A DNA stretch of 64,000 nucleotides from a virus (IMGVR_UViG_3300031992_000005:192001-256000); one strand, 5' to 3'. Counted from the first letter of the stretch, positions 25,406 to 33,132 are shown. Made by a program: numbers and translations. Notes: generated by a model not told the origin, from the sequence alone.

Positions 25406-25655
25406 ATACACTTACGTTGAAGCCTAGGATATATTTATAAAATAAATCAGAGATCCTTTCATATATGCTTGGCTTTCCTGTGTAAAATTTTAATACTGAT
25501 CTTCCACTCTTAGTTAGTTTCCATGTTTCACCACTTGGAGAAACTGAAACGCTAATGTAGCCAAGCCTTAGTAATTCATCTACGTCTACTAAGCTTTCAA
25601 TGTCCTTCAATAGGCCTTTAGTTGAACTTAAAGCGTCTTTTAAATTTTTATTCAT
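25404..25655 (-). CDS. hypothetical protein (possible winged-helix)
   Basis: 83-aa ORF. Confidence 0.55.
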   Translation of the reverse strand: MNKNLKDALSSTKGLLKDIESLVDVDELLRLGYISVSVSPSGETWKLTKSGRSVLKFYTGKPSIYERISDLFYKYILGFNVSV

Positions 25656-25674
25656 AATTGTTAGGTGTTGTGTT

Positions 25675-25700
25675 TATATACTCTTAAGGTATTAAGAGGG
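25675..25700 (-). promoter_or_regulatory. promoter motif (class 1 variant)
   Basis: The - strand reads CCCTCTTAATACCTTAAGAGTATATA. Confidence 0.45.
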
Positions 25701-25702
25701 AA

Positions 25703-25871
25703 GAAAAAAAAAGAGAGGGGAACCCGTTTTAGAGAGTTGACTGATCGTCTGTGCGTCTGTGGGTTCCCCGGAGTGCAGCTGAGCCCGTCCTTTCGATCAT
25801 CGGCGGGGTCCGATCTGCTGCAATTTTCTAAAATCTAATTCCTTTATGTTCATATATAAGGATTTAAGGGG
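25703..25871 (-). ncRNA. GC-rich structured ncRNA candidate (about 135 nt transcript)
   Basis: The - strand reads CCCCTTAAATCCTTATATATG promoter, then GCAGC..ATCGG acccc(g) CCGAT..GCTGC nested helices. A 9-bp helix GGGGAACCC/GGGTTCCCC and T9 close it. GC-rich relative to the AT-rich flanks. Confidence 0.5.
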
Positions 25872-25885
25872 ATTTCAGATTCTTC

Positions 25886-25987
25886 AAAAAAAAGAGAGGA
25901 TCTATCCGTCTCGGACCAATCCTCTAAAAATTATTTAACCTAAATATGATTGTTATGAATGTTTTACATATATAAGAGTTTAAGGGG
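25886..25987 (-). ncRNA. ORF-less promoter-to-terminator unit (sRNA candidate)
   Basis: The - strand reads CCCCTTAAACTCTTATATATG, then about 41 nt, then AGAGGATTGGTCCGAGACGGATAGATCCTCT, then T8. Confidence 0.45.
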
Positions 25988-25989
25988 AT

Positions 25990-26096
25990 AAAAAAAAGAG
26001 GATGACCTATCACAGGCGACCCTCTTCTTCAATAACAAAAATTTAAATCTTTAAATCTATGGATATAATATACAACATATATAAGGGTTTAAAGGG
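25990..26096 (-). ncRNA. ORF-less promoter-to-terminator unit (sRNA candidate)
   Basis: The - strand reads CCCTTTAAACCCTTATATATG, then about 50 nt, then AGAGGGTCGCCTGTGATAGGTCATCCTCT, then T8. Confidence 0.45.
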
Positions 26097-26098
26097 AT

Positions 26099-26202
26099 AA
26101 AAAAAAGAGGAGATCTATCCATCTCGGACTGATCTCCACCTGACATCTGAATATACATCATACTAAAATGAGAGTATTACACGTTAATAAGGAATTAAGG
26201 GG
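26099..26202 (-). ncRNA. ORF-less promoter-to-terminator unit (sRNA candidate)
   Basis: The - strand reads CCCCTTAATTCCTTATTAACGTG, then about 42 nt, then GGAGATCAGTCCGAGATGGATAGATCTCC, then T-run. Confidence 0.45.
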
Positions 26203-26204
26203 AT

Positions 26205-26298
26205 AAAAAAAAAGAGAATCTATCCATCTCGGACTGATCCTCTAATAAGAAACATTCTATTAATTCTTAAACTTTTACATATATAAGAATTTAAGGGG
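26205..26298 (-). ncRNA. ORF-less promoter-to-terminator unit (sRNA candidate)
   Basis: The - strand reads CCCCTTAAATTCTTATATATG, then about 34 nt, then AGAGGATCAGTCCGAGATGGATAGATTCTCT, then T9. Confidence 0.45.
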
Positions 26299-26301
26299 AT
26301 G

Positions 26302-26390
26302 AAAAAAAAAAAGAGAATCTATCCATCACGAACTGATCCTCTTCAGAGTAAAATAAACATTACACGTACATATATAAGGCATTTAAGGGG
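26302..26390 (-). ncRNA. ORF-less promoter-to-terminator unit (sRNA candidate)
   Basis: The - strand reads CCCCTTAAATGCCTTATATATG, then about 26 nt, then AGAGGATCAGTTCGTGATGGATAGATTCTCT, then T11. Confidence 0.45.
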
Positions 26391-26393
26391 TAT

Positions 26394-26493
26394 AAAAAAA
26401 ATGACCGACTCATCACGAGCCAGCCATTGAATAATTTTTGAACTTTTTTTACCCAAGAAAAATAAGTACTTTCATTTATAAGAATTTAAAGGG
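26394..26493 (-). ncRNA. ORF-less promoter-to-terminator unit (sRNA candidate)
   Basis: The - strand reads CCCTTTAAATTCTTATAAATG, then about 45 nt, then AUGGCUGGCUC GUGAU GAGUCGGUCAU. That helix has 11 bp with three G.U pairs, so it is valid only on the - strand. T-run follows. Confidence 0.45.
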
Positions 26494-26497
26494 ATTT

Positions 26498-26533
26498 GAG
26501 AAAATAGACCAGCCCCACATTAAAGGCTGGCCC
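26498..26533 (-). terminator. terminator downstream of the polymerase last exon
   Basis: The - strand reads GGCCAGCC tttaatgtgg GGCTGGTC followed by T-rich sequence. Confidence 0.5.
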
Positions 26534-26545
26534 ACAGAATTAATA

Positions 26546-26935
26546 TTATAGTCGGTGAAACCTAACGGTCACCTTTGATACATCCATCGATATAGAACAA
26601 CCATTTTCTAAGATTGTTCTGTAATATGGATCTTCAATCATCTTCTTTTCTGATACTAGCTCTTCCCTAGTCTTATCACATTCACACCTGATACTAGGGG
26701 AATTCATTAATTTGTCATAAATTAATATAAGATTACTAGCAGGACCAGAAAATTCTATCGTATTTTTGTCTATCTGCGTTAATGGACATGCAGATTCATA
26801 TCCATATCCACACAAAAGATCAAACAGTAACTTTATCTTTGGCCCAATAGTTGCACAATAATCCGTATATTTTTCATCATAATATGCCCTAATATCAAAT
26901 ATGTGATCTATTGGAATAAGATTAGTATTAGAATC
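26546..26935 (-). CDS. DNA polymerase, family A (PolA) - exon 4
   Basis: Begins GAT TCT (DSNTN..). Joined to exon 3 it gives ..IITVH|DSNTN, which is motif C (vHDe). In-frame to TAA at 26546-26548. Confidence 0.7.
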   Translation of the reverse strand, partial: DSNTNLIPIDHIFDIRAYYDEKYTDYCATIGPKIKLLFDLLCGYGYESACPLTQIDKNTIEFSGPASNLILIYDKLMNSPSIRCECDKTREELVSEKKMIEDPYYRTILENGCSISMDVSKVTVRFHRL

Positions 26936-27237
26936 CGTTCTCTTCACATAAATTCGCTACATTTATGCCGGGCAATGCCACAGCTAATCATCTCTGATTA
27001 GACGAGACTATATCTTCAGTAAATAATTACTGCCTACTTTTTCGAACACCCATCGCTTGTGCTCTACTCTACTCACTTCTTCAGGTTTCCCCTATGCTTT
27101 CGATAGTCGTTGAATAAGTTTATAACTTACTGCTGATTGACTCTATTCATTGGATTTTTACTTCTATTCGATAGTACCAATGACCTAACAAGTTGTTCCA
27201 GCAATTAAGTAGGTTTATAGTGCACCATAAACTAACA
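26936..27237 (-). mobile_element. group I intron 3 (302 nt, ORF-less)
   Basis: The - strand carries P AATTGCTGGAA (27196-27206), Q AATCAGCAG (27130-27138), R TTCAACGACTATCG (27101-27114) and S AAGATATAGTCT (27005-27016). The 5' exon ends in U and the intron ends in G. Confidence 0.75.
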
Positions 27238-27637
27238 ATGCACTGTAATAATAGGTTGTAATGGTTGCTTCCAACCATCTTTAATTGATGACCTAATATT
27301 ATTAAAGAATCCACTAGCCATAATTGTACTAGTTCCTCCTTGAATAGGTAAATTTACACCTAATCTTTTGATTCTGGCAATTATATTTTGCGCTTCTTTT
27401 TGATCTTTTGCTTTTGGCAAATATTCATAATACTCCCTTAACCTTAATTTGTCTCCTAACATGGTATTAATGTAACCATCATGATCTAATGGATACTGAC
27501 CCTGAGACTCCACATATTCCCTGAGCTTTGGAAAAGACTTATATAAACTCTGGATAATATTCTCAGCTTCTTCAACAGAACTATCTAGTCGAGCTGCTAA
27601 GGAATTTTTCCCTAAGCCGTACAATACACCCAAGAAT
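27238..27637 (-). CDS. DNA polymerase, family A - exon 3
   Basis: FLGVLYGLGKNSLAARL (motif B, K..NFG..YG), NLPIQGGTS, ends ..ITVH. Confidence 0.75.
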
Positions 27638-27932
27638 CATTACTACTCATAATTTCTTATGAGATTAGACTATATCATTATCCGATTATTCGGATAGGTT
27701 GCACTTCGGAATAGAGAATTTCACTCTAAACCTACTCCTCGGTTAAAATTATTTTAACGTCATAGGATAGTCGTTACACTTTCTTAGACTAATCTAAGCT
27801 TAGCACGGTATTGGCATATCTTATTATTAAGACTTAGCTTTCCACCGTTAGCACTAATAAATTAGTACACCCTAGATTTCTAGGTTCACAACCTTTTCAT
27901 TAACTAATTACTTAGTTATGCCACATCTATCT
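27638..27932 (-). mobile_element. group I intron 2 (295 nt, ORF-less)
   Basis: The - strand carries P AACGGTGGAAAG (27838-27849), Q CCAATACCGTGC (27803-27814), R GTAACGACTATCC (27765-27777) and S GATATAGTCT (27667-27676). P1 guide GTGG pairs with exon CCAU. The intron ends ..GTAATG. Confidence 0.75.
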
Positions 27933-28146
27933 ATGGTCTTGAATTTCTTTCTATAAGTCTTTTGTTCTTTTTTACTAAGGTTATTCCAACCTTCTTCACC
28001 TAAATATAGTTTCGAACTATATATGTATATGTCTTCTCCAGCGTTGAACTTACTTATTAGATCAGGATCCAAAGACGCGTCAATTTTGTTATCCTTAGAA
28101 CTTTTTATTTCTAAGTTCAATTGATTCTTAATTCTCAATTGTTCAG
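27933..28146 (-). CDS. DNA polymerase, family A - exon 2
   Basis: Starts CT GAA CAA TTG AGA. With exon 1 this gives ..YFDINSEQLRI (motif A, DYSQIELR-like), then GEDIYIYSS (DIH..TA) and RKKFKTI. Confidence 0.7.
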
Positions 28147-28414
28147 CATATATTTTCACCCTATTAGATAGGGTGGGGAACACTCGTGGTAGGATTATTC
28201 TATTCGTCACCTACTATGCGTTACACTACTAGGATACCTTTAATATTATCTTAGTTAGCACGGTATTGGCATCTCAGCTTTCACCGTTTTTGCTCCCTGT
28301 ACCCCGTAATATTACTATTACGGTGGGCAATTTTTTACCCCGCGCTCTTACAGATTGTTACCCTATAGGCTTTTTATCCTATAGTTCTATGGATTCATTT
28401 TATCCATAGCTCGG
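28147..28414 (-). mobile_element. intron-like unit A (268 nt), third element stacked at the motif-A site
   Basis: Starts CCGAGC, ends GAAAATATATG. P/Q-like block AAAACGGTGAAAGC..CCAATACCGTGCTAAC is identical to unit B and related to intron 2. I found no clear P1 guide. Confidence 0.5.
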
Positions 28415-28615
28415 CATATATTTTCATCCTAGATAACTAGGATGACGGACACTCGTGGAGAGATTATATTTATTCACTCTCTATGCTCTACACTACTTAC
28501 TTAACCTTTCGCAATTTAAATAAGTTAGCACGGTATTGGCATCTCAGCTTTCACCGTTTTTGCCCGTTTATTATCACTTACATTACTATAAGTGACGGCT
28601 AAATTTTAACCTCGG
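28415..28615 (-). mobile_element. intron-like unit B (201 nt), second element stacked at the motif-A site
   Basis: Starts CCGAGGTTAA, ends GAAAATATATG. GGTTAA could pair with exon-1 TTAACU once intron 1a is removed. Same P/Q-like block as unit A. Confidence 0.5.
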
Positions 28616-30154
28616 CACTACTACATTGTGTTCAGGAGGCACGTTACATCTCCCGGTTCTCACTTAGCTAAAACTAAGATGAACTCCTACATATCTCTAT
28701 GCAGATCAGACTATATCTTAATCTCATTTCTGAGATTCTTACCGTTTCCACTTAACGATTTCAAGTGTACTCCCATTACTGGGATAGTCGTTGGGGTTTA
28801 AGAATTTAATCAGTTAGTCGGGCTGATTTTCTTTTATTTTTTGAATAAGGACATTACTGTCTGTAATTACTTCAGTGAAATATCCATATTTTTCGTAAAT
28901 TTTTATTTCATTAGTGAAATATAATAATGGTATATTATTTTTCTTAGCATAATCGTACTTCAGATGATCCCTTTTTATAGCAATTTCTGAATAACGTTTA
29001 TCGTTAGGATCAAAATGTTGACACCCATGATACTCTACTAAGATATTATATTCTGGTAAATAAAAGTCAAACCTAAGATGTGATATATTCTTTAAATCTG
29101 GGTAAGTTTTCTCAGATGTAAATTCAATATTATTTCCCGTAAATAGGTCTGCCAAAAATAGTTCCCCATTAGAGTTAATGAGCGGGAATATGCTATCTTT
29201 ATCATCATCAGATAATAATAAGAACCTATAATAGCAATTACGAAATCTTCTATAAAAATCCTTCCTAGATAGGATATTATTGTCAGCAATAAATACCTTA
29301 AAATCTTCTACCGTATTAATATTAGAGTAATCTCTATTATTGTTTGGTAATAGACTTTCTTTCTCCTCTTTAGATAAGAGTCTACTAAATCTGCAATATA
29401 CTTGCTCAAATCTACGACAAAGATCTATTCTGGAGGTTATATTATTTTCTTGAATAAATGAACGAAAATCCTCATATGTATTTATATACGAATAATCTTT
29501 TAGCATACTAGGGAGAATTCTATTTTGATCTTCACTACTCAATTTAATAAACTTATTATATCCTCCTCGAAATCTTTTTTGAAAATCATAACGGCCTACA
29601 ATTTCGTATGTTTTAATGAATTTCCTAAAATCATCCTCAGTATTCAAAGTAGAGTAATCTGCCTTTTTTATAGTTCCTTTATAAGGTAAAATAGTTTCTT
29701 GCTCTTCCTTTGATAGAAAGTTTAAGAACCTAAGATAAGCCCCAGGATATTCAGTATGTAATGTTTTTCGAGAGTGAATATTATTAGTTTTAATAAACCT
29801 TTTAAAGTCGTTTGCAGTATTGAGATTAGAATAATTACCTAAGTTCGAAGGCAGTAATTTTTCTTGTTCATCATTACTTAATTTCTTGAAGCAATTATAA
29901 ACCTTTCTATACTCCTCTCTCAGCCTAGACCTCTTCTCAATACCATTATCTTTTATAAATTTTTTTATTTCCTCATAATCCATTTTTTTTTTAAATTTTA
30001 ATTTTTTTCGTTCTTCTTAAACCTGCTGATTAACTCTATTCCCTAGATTGTTACTGCCGTGACTAAATCGGCTAGTACTAGAGACCTAACAAGTCTTTCC
30101 AGCATTTAGTAAGTTTGTTTTTCATAAGGTCACCCTTATGTGACACTAGTTTCT
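28616..30154 (-). mobile_element. group I intron 1a (1539 nt) carrying a homing-endonuclease ORF
   Basis: The - strand carries P AAATGCTGGAAAG (30095-30107), Q AATCAGCAGG (30022-30031), then the ORF, then R AACGACTATCC (28782-28792) and S AAGATATAGTCT (28708-28719). Follows exon-1 U30155 and ends in G28616. Confidence 0.7.
28814..29983 (-). CDS. intron-encoded homing endonuclease (PD-(D/E)XK / Vsr-DUF559-like nuclease with 5 N-terminal repeats)
   Basis: Five repeats of about 55 aa ([DN]YS.[LI]NT..DF..FI..N.I.SR....R[FY]...Y..F..LS..E[QK]..[IL]LP). C-terminus HLRFDFYLPEYNILVEYHGCQHF. Sits between Q and R of the intron. Confidence 0.65.
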   Translation of the reverse strand: MDYEEIKKFIKDNGIEKRSRLREEYRKVYNCFKKLSNDEQEKLLPSNLGNYSNLNTANDFKRFIKTNNIHSRKTLHTEYPGAYLRFLNFLSKEEQETILPYKGTIKKADYSTLNTEDDFRKFIKTYEIVGRYDFQKRFRGGYNKFIKLSSEDQNRILPSMLKDYSYINTYEDFRSFIQENNITSRIDLCRRFEQVYCRFSRLLSKEEKESLLPNNNRDYSNINTVEDFKVFIADNNILSRKDFYRRFRNCYYRFLLLSDDDKDSIFPLINSNGELFLADLFTGNNIEFTSEKTYPDLKNISHLRFDFYLPEYNILVEYHGCQHFDPNDKRYSEIAIKRDHLKYDYAKKNNIPLLYFTNEIKIYEKYGYFTEVITDSNVLIQKIKENQPD

Positions 30155-32828
30155 AGTTAATGTCAAAATATGTTAGTAATTGGTCATCCCCACCATATAT
30201 GATATTTCCATTTTTGTTCCGAATTGGAGCAGGAATTAAGCAATTTTTGACAGGGCTATGTGAGGGAATCGTATGAAAACTTGATGACCAGCGTTTACTT
30301 GATTTTTTGAGTACTTCGTATGGAGTAAAATTCTTCTTTACTGCTCCTGGTTCATCCGGATCTGCATCTCTAATTGGAATATGATGCTCATCTTCAATTA
30401 CCCATTTTGCCCTCTTATTAAACATTCCATCTGGACCTACATACACACTTAACATTTTCGCATGTTTCTTATATATGAGGTAGTTGAGTGTGAATTTTCT
30501 CATAAAGTAGAAATCATTACTGAGATCTACCTCAGGATCAAATGGGCTTTCATAATTTAAGTAATCACCCTGATACTCTGGAAAAAGTTGTGTTTGTGTG
30601 TTAAATCCAAGAAAATCTGTCCAAATTTCCTTTACTTTATCTGCGGTTTGATATAAAACTGTCTCTACACCTTTCACACTAACTTTTTTTCCAAGTTTAG
30701 GGCTACCATAAAATTCGAATGCTAGGTCAAATACTTTCTTCGGGTATAATGGGCTTTCGTATTCGCCATTACTGTCATAATACTTTTTCCATTCATCTAA
30801 CATTTCTTGATAACCTTCATCTATATCAGTAATACCTCTACTTGAATAGAATTTTGTTGTCTCAGGTAACTGCTGGATACTTTCTGACATGGCAGCTAAG
30901 AAAGCAGTTTTTCCTTTAAGTCCAGGAATGATAGGATTAACCATCATATCATATACGATTTTATCATTCTGTTCTGGACTAAGACACATGAAATAATTAT
31001 CAGATAGAAACTTAGAATACTCCAAGAGATCCATTTTCTTACCAAAGATATATATTTTCTCTGGGATATTATGAATATCCTTAAGCTGTTTTTTATTTAT
31101 TTTTTCCAGCTCAGTATATATCTTTCGATAATACATGTATTTCTCAAGTTCTATATGCTTCTTATTAATCTTTCCCTCTGAATCAAATTTAAGACTATCA
31201 ATTCCGAAGAGATGTATTGTTTTTTCTGCCAGGACCCCTAAGAATTTCTTTTTCCTAATAATACCTTCGTCGATCTTACCCTTTAACTTAACTTCGCTTG
31301 CAGCTTGTCTAACAAAATCTACGAATTTTTCTCCAAAGTCCTGTCCATATTTCATAACAAGTCCTCCCTCATTTAATCCAGTTTCTGTTGAATCTAGGTA
31401 ATCGAGATTACTTGTTAAGATATATTTTAAGATTTCAATTATATTACCTTGAAAAAAGTTTCCTTCTTCCAATAGTTTTACAGCAATTGGCTTATATCTC
31501 TTTATATTAGTAGCCAAGGATTGATGTTTTTGCATCTTTATCCAACAAAGAGCTCTAGTTGCCCAAGTACTAGACCAAGCCATCATCTCCTTACAATACT
31601 TTTCAAATCTAAGTCTGAATGGCTCATCTATATAGTGGCCATGTGACATAAGTCTTGCGCCAAGTCTCAGGTTATCTAAGAAAACGTTGAAACACTCTTC
31701 TGTATACTCAGACTTTTTCTTAAGATAAATCATAAGAGTATAGAATGAGTCAAGGCAGCAATACTTTCCTAAGATTTCACTTGGGATAGGCATGAATTGA
31801 TTTCCCCAATACTCTAAGATCAGTTCCTTAAATTCATCTTCATATCCAGGATATCTCTTACAAATTTCTCCCCATTCAGGAGTATTTGTAAAGTTTTCTG
31901 GGGTTACTTTTAATTCTAGGTGAATGTCCTTCTTAAGTTTACCAACTTCCTCCAATAGCATGTGTTCAATTAAGTCACTAAGTCTATCGAAGTCAGAATC
32001 CCAAACTTTCACACCAAGTACTCTTTGAGCAGTCCATTTGAGAGAGTAGTTCTTCTCATGTAATCCATCTAGTACATTAACGACGGATGCATCTGATAGT
32101 TCATATAAGTCAACTCCCATTATTCTATGACTAACCTGATACTCGAATTGTAGGTTATAAGTCCAGATATGTTTCATTCTCTTAGATAGAAATTTTGCCA
32201 GTTTATCTAAGACTGCCCTATACCCTTCACTAGACTCTCCTACTTCATGTCTCAAGTCCGTTAAGCTAATAAAAGCCGCTTCTTTTGCTGTAGATATTGC
32301 AAAACCTGATACAAAGAACACTTTCTCCATTGGCATTCCACTAGTTTCATAGTCAAATCCAAAGTCAGTGTCCAATGGTAATGAGTCTACGTAATCAAGG
32401 AACCTCAATGCATCAGTCACAGTGTGAATTACGCACCACTTGAAATCATGGTAATCAACCTCTCTTGTAAAACTTGGACTTATAAAGTCTTCTAAGAGAC
32501 CTGGAATCAATGCCTGTTGTACATCTACTGCACATCTAACATAAGCTCCGCCTTCTAAGGATACTCTATAAATTCTGGAACAATCGAAGTAATTTTCACC
32601 ACGAATACCAAAGTGATACCTTTCTCTCAGGTAACTGAAGGCTTTAGCGCCAATTAATAATGCACCATCCCCTTCACCAAGTGCAAGAAGATCATTTCTT
32701 TGTTCTTCGTCCATCTTCTCTAGAAGTTCTAGAGGATAGACTCCACAACTTAGTTTTAATCCATATAATCCCACATAATCGTGGCATTCTTCTGAACTAA
32801 CTAAAACTATCCTTTTATTCATAATCAC
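30155..32828 (-). CDS. DNA polymerase, family A - exon 1 (3'-5' exonuclease plus N-terminal polymerase part)
   Basis: 891-aa ORF with FGFDYETSG (ExoI), NLQFEYQ (ExoII) and YCCLDSFY (ExoIII). Ends ..LLTYFDIN at the start of motif A. T30155 of the in-frame TAG is taken as the last exon nt. Confidence 0.75.
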
Positions 32829-32840
32829 TAAAATTTATAT

Positions 32841-32863
32841 TACAATAGTAAGGATTTTCGGGC
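32841..32863 (-). promoter_or_regulatory. promoter motif (class 2) for the polymerase
   Basis: The - strand reads GCCCGAAAATCCTTACTATTGTA. Confidence 0.5.
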
Positions 32864-33132
32864 AATATATCTGAGAAAATATTGTTTCTTTTTCTATCCC
32901 CCAAACGCCTTACTCAAGTAAGCCGTGTTTAAATACACGATTTTAATCATACACTTTCATAAGAAAAATTAGAGAACATGAAGAGAAGTTTAATAAAAAA
33001 TTCTAAGATGGTATGAATATAGTAAAATATCATGCGATCTTAGTCAACAGTCCACCATACCCCGGAACTAAATAGAGAGGGGTTGTATGGTGTAGGAAAT
33101 TGTGACTAAGAACTTTTTGTTTAATTTAATTA

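Noticed and set aside
25703-25871. Hammerhead ribozyme in the GC-rich RNA (CCGAUGAUCGAAAGG).
   Set aside because: The sequence has CGAUGA rather than CUGANGA. Only 2 nt lie between it and GAAA, so stem II cannot form, and there is no UH cleavage-site context.
24941-26493. Whether the repeated hairpin plus variable-segment units form a CRISPR array.
   Set aside because: The repeat is an imperfect hairpin followed by a U-run. Every unit has its own promoter motif, unit length and spacing are irregular, and orientations are mixed in one cluster. No cas genes or leader are present. I scored them as independent short transcription units instead.
26546-28210. ORFs 27908..28210, 27232..27633 and 26546..26947 treated as three independent small genes.
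   Set aside because: Their conserved parts are consecutive PolA motifs (A, B, C). Their N-terminal extensions are read-through of intron sequence. I reinterpreted them as exons 2-4 of the polymerase.
26936-30154. Inteins as the cause of the polymerase interruptions.
   Set aside because: The interruptions contain in-frame stops in the polymerase frame and carry group I intron P/Q/R/S elements. No Cys/Ser..HN intein boundary signature is present.
32829-33132. The divergent intergenic region between the polymerase and the + block as the replication origin.
   Set aside because: It has only one 8-bp long-range helix (CACCATAC/GTATGGTG) and a promoter motif, with no iterons or extended repeats. 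The 56.4-57.1 kb locus is a much stronger candidate, although this region cannot be excluded without skew or marker-frequency data.
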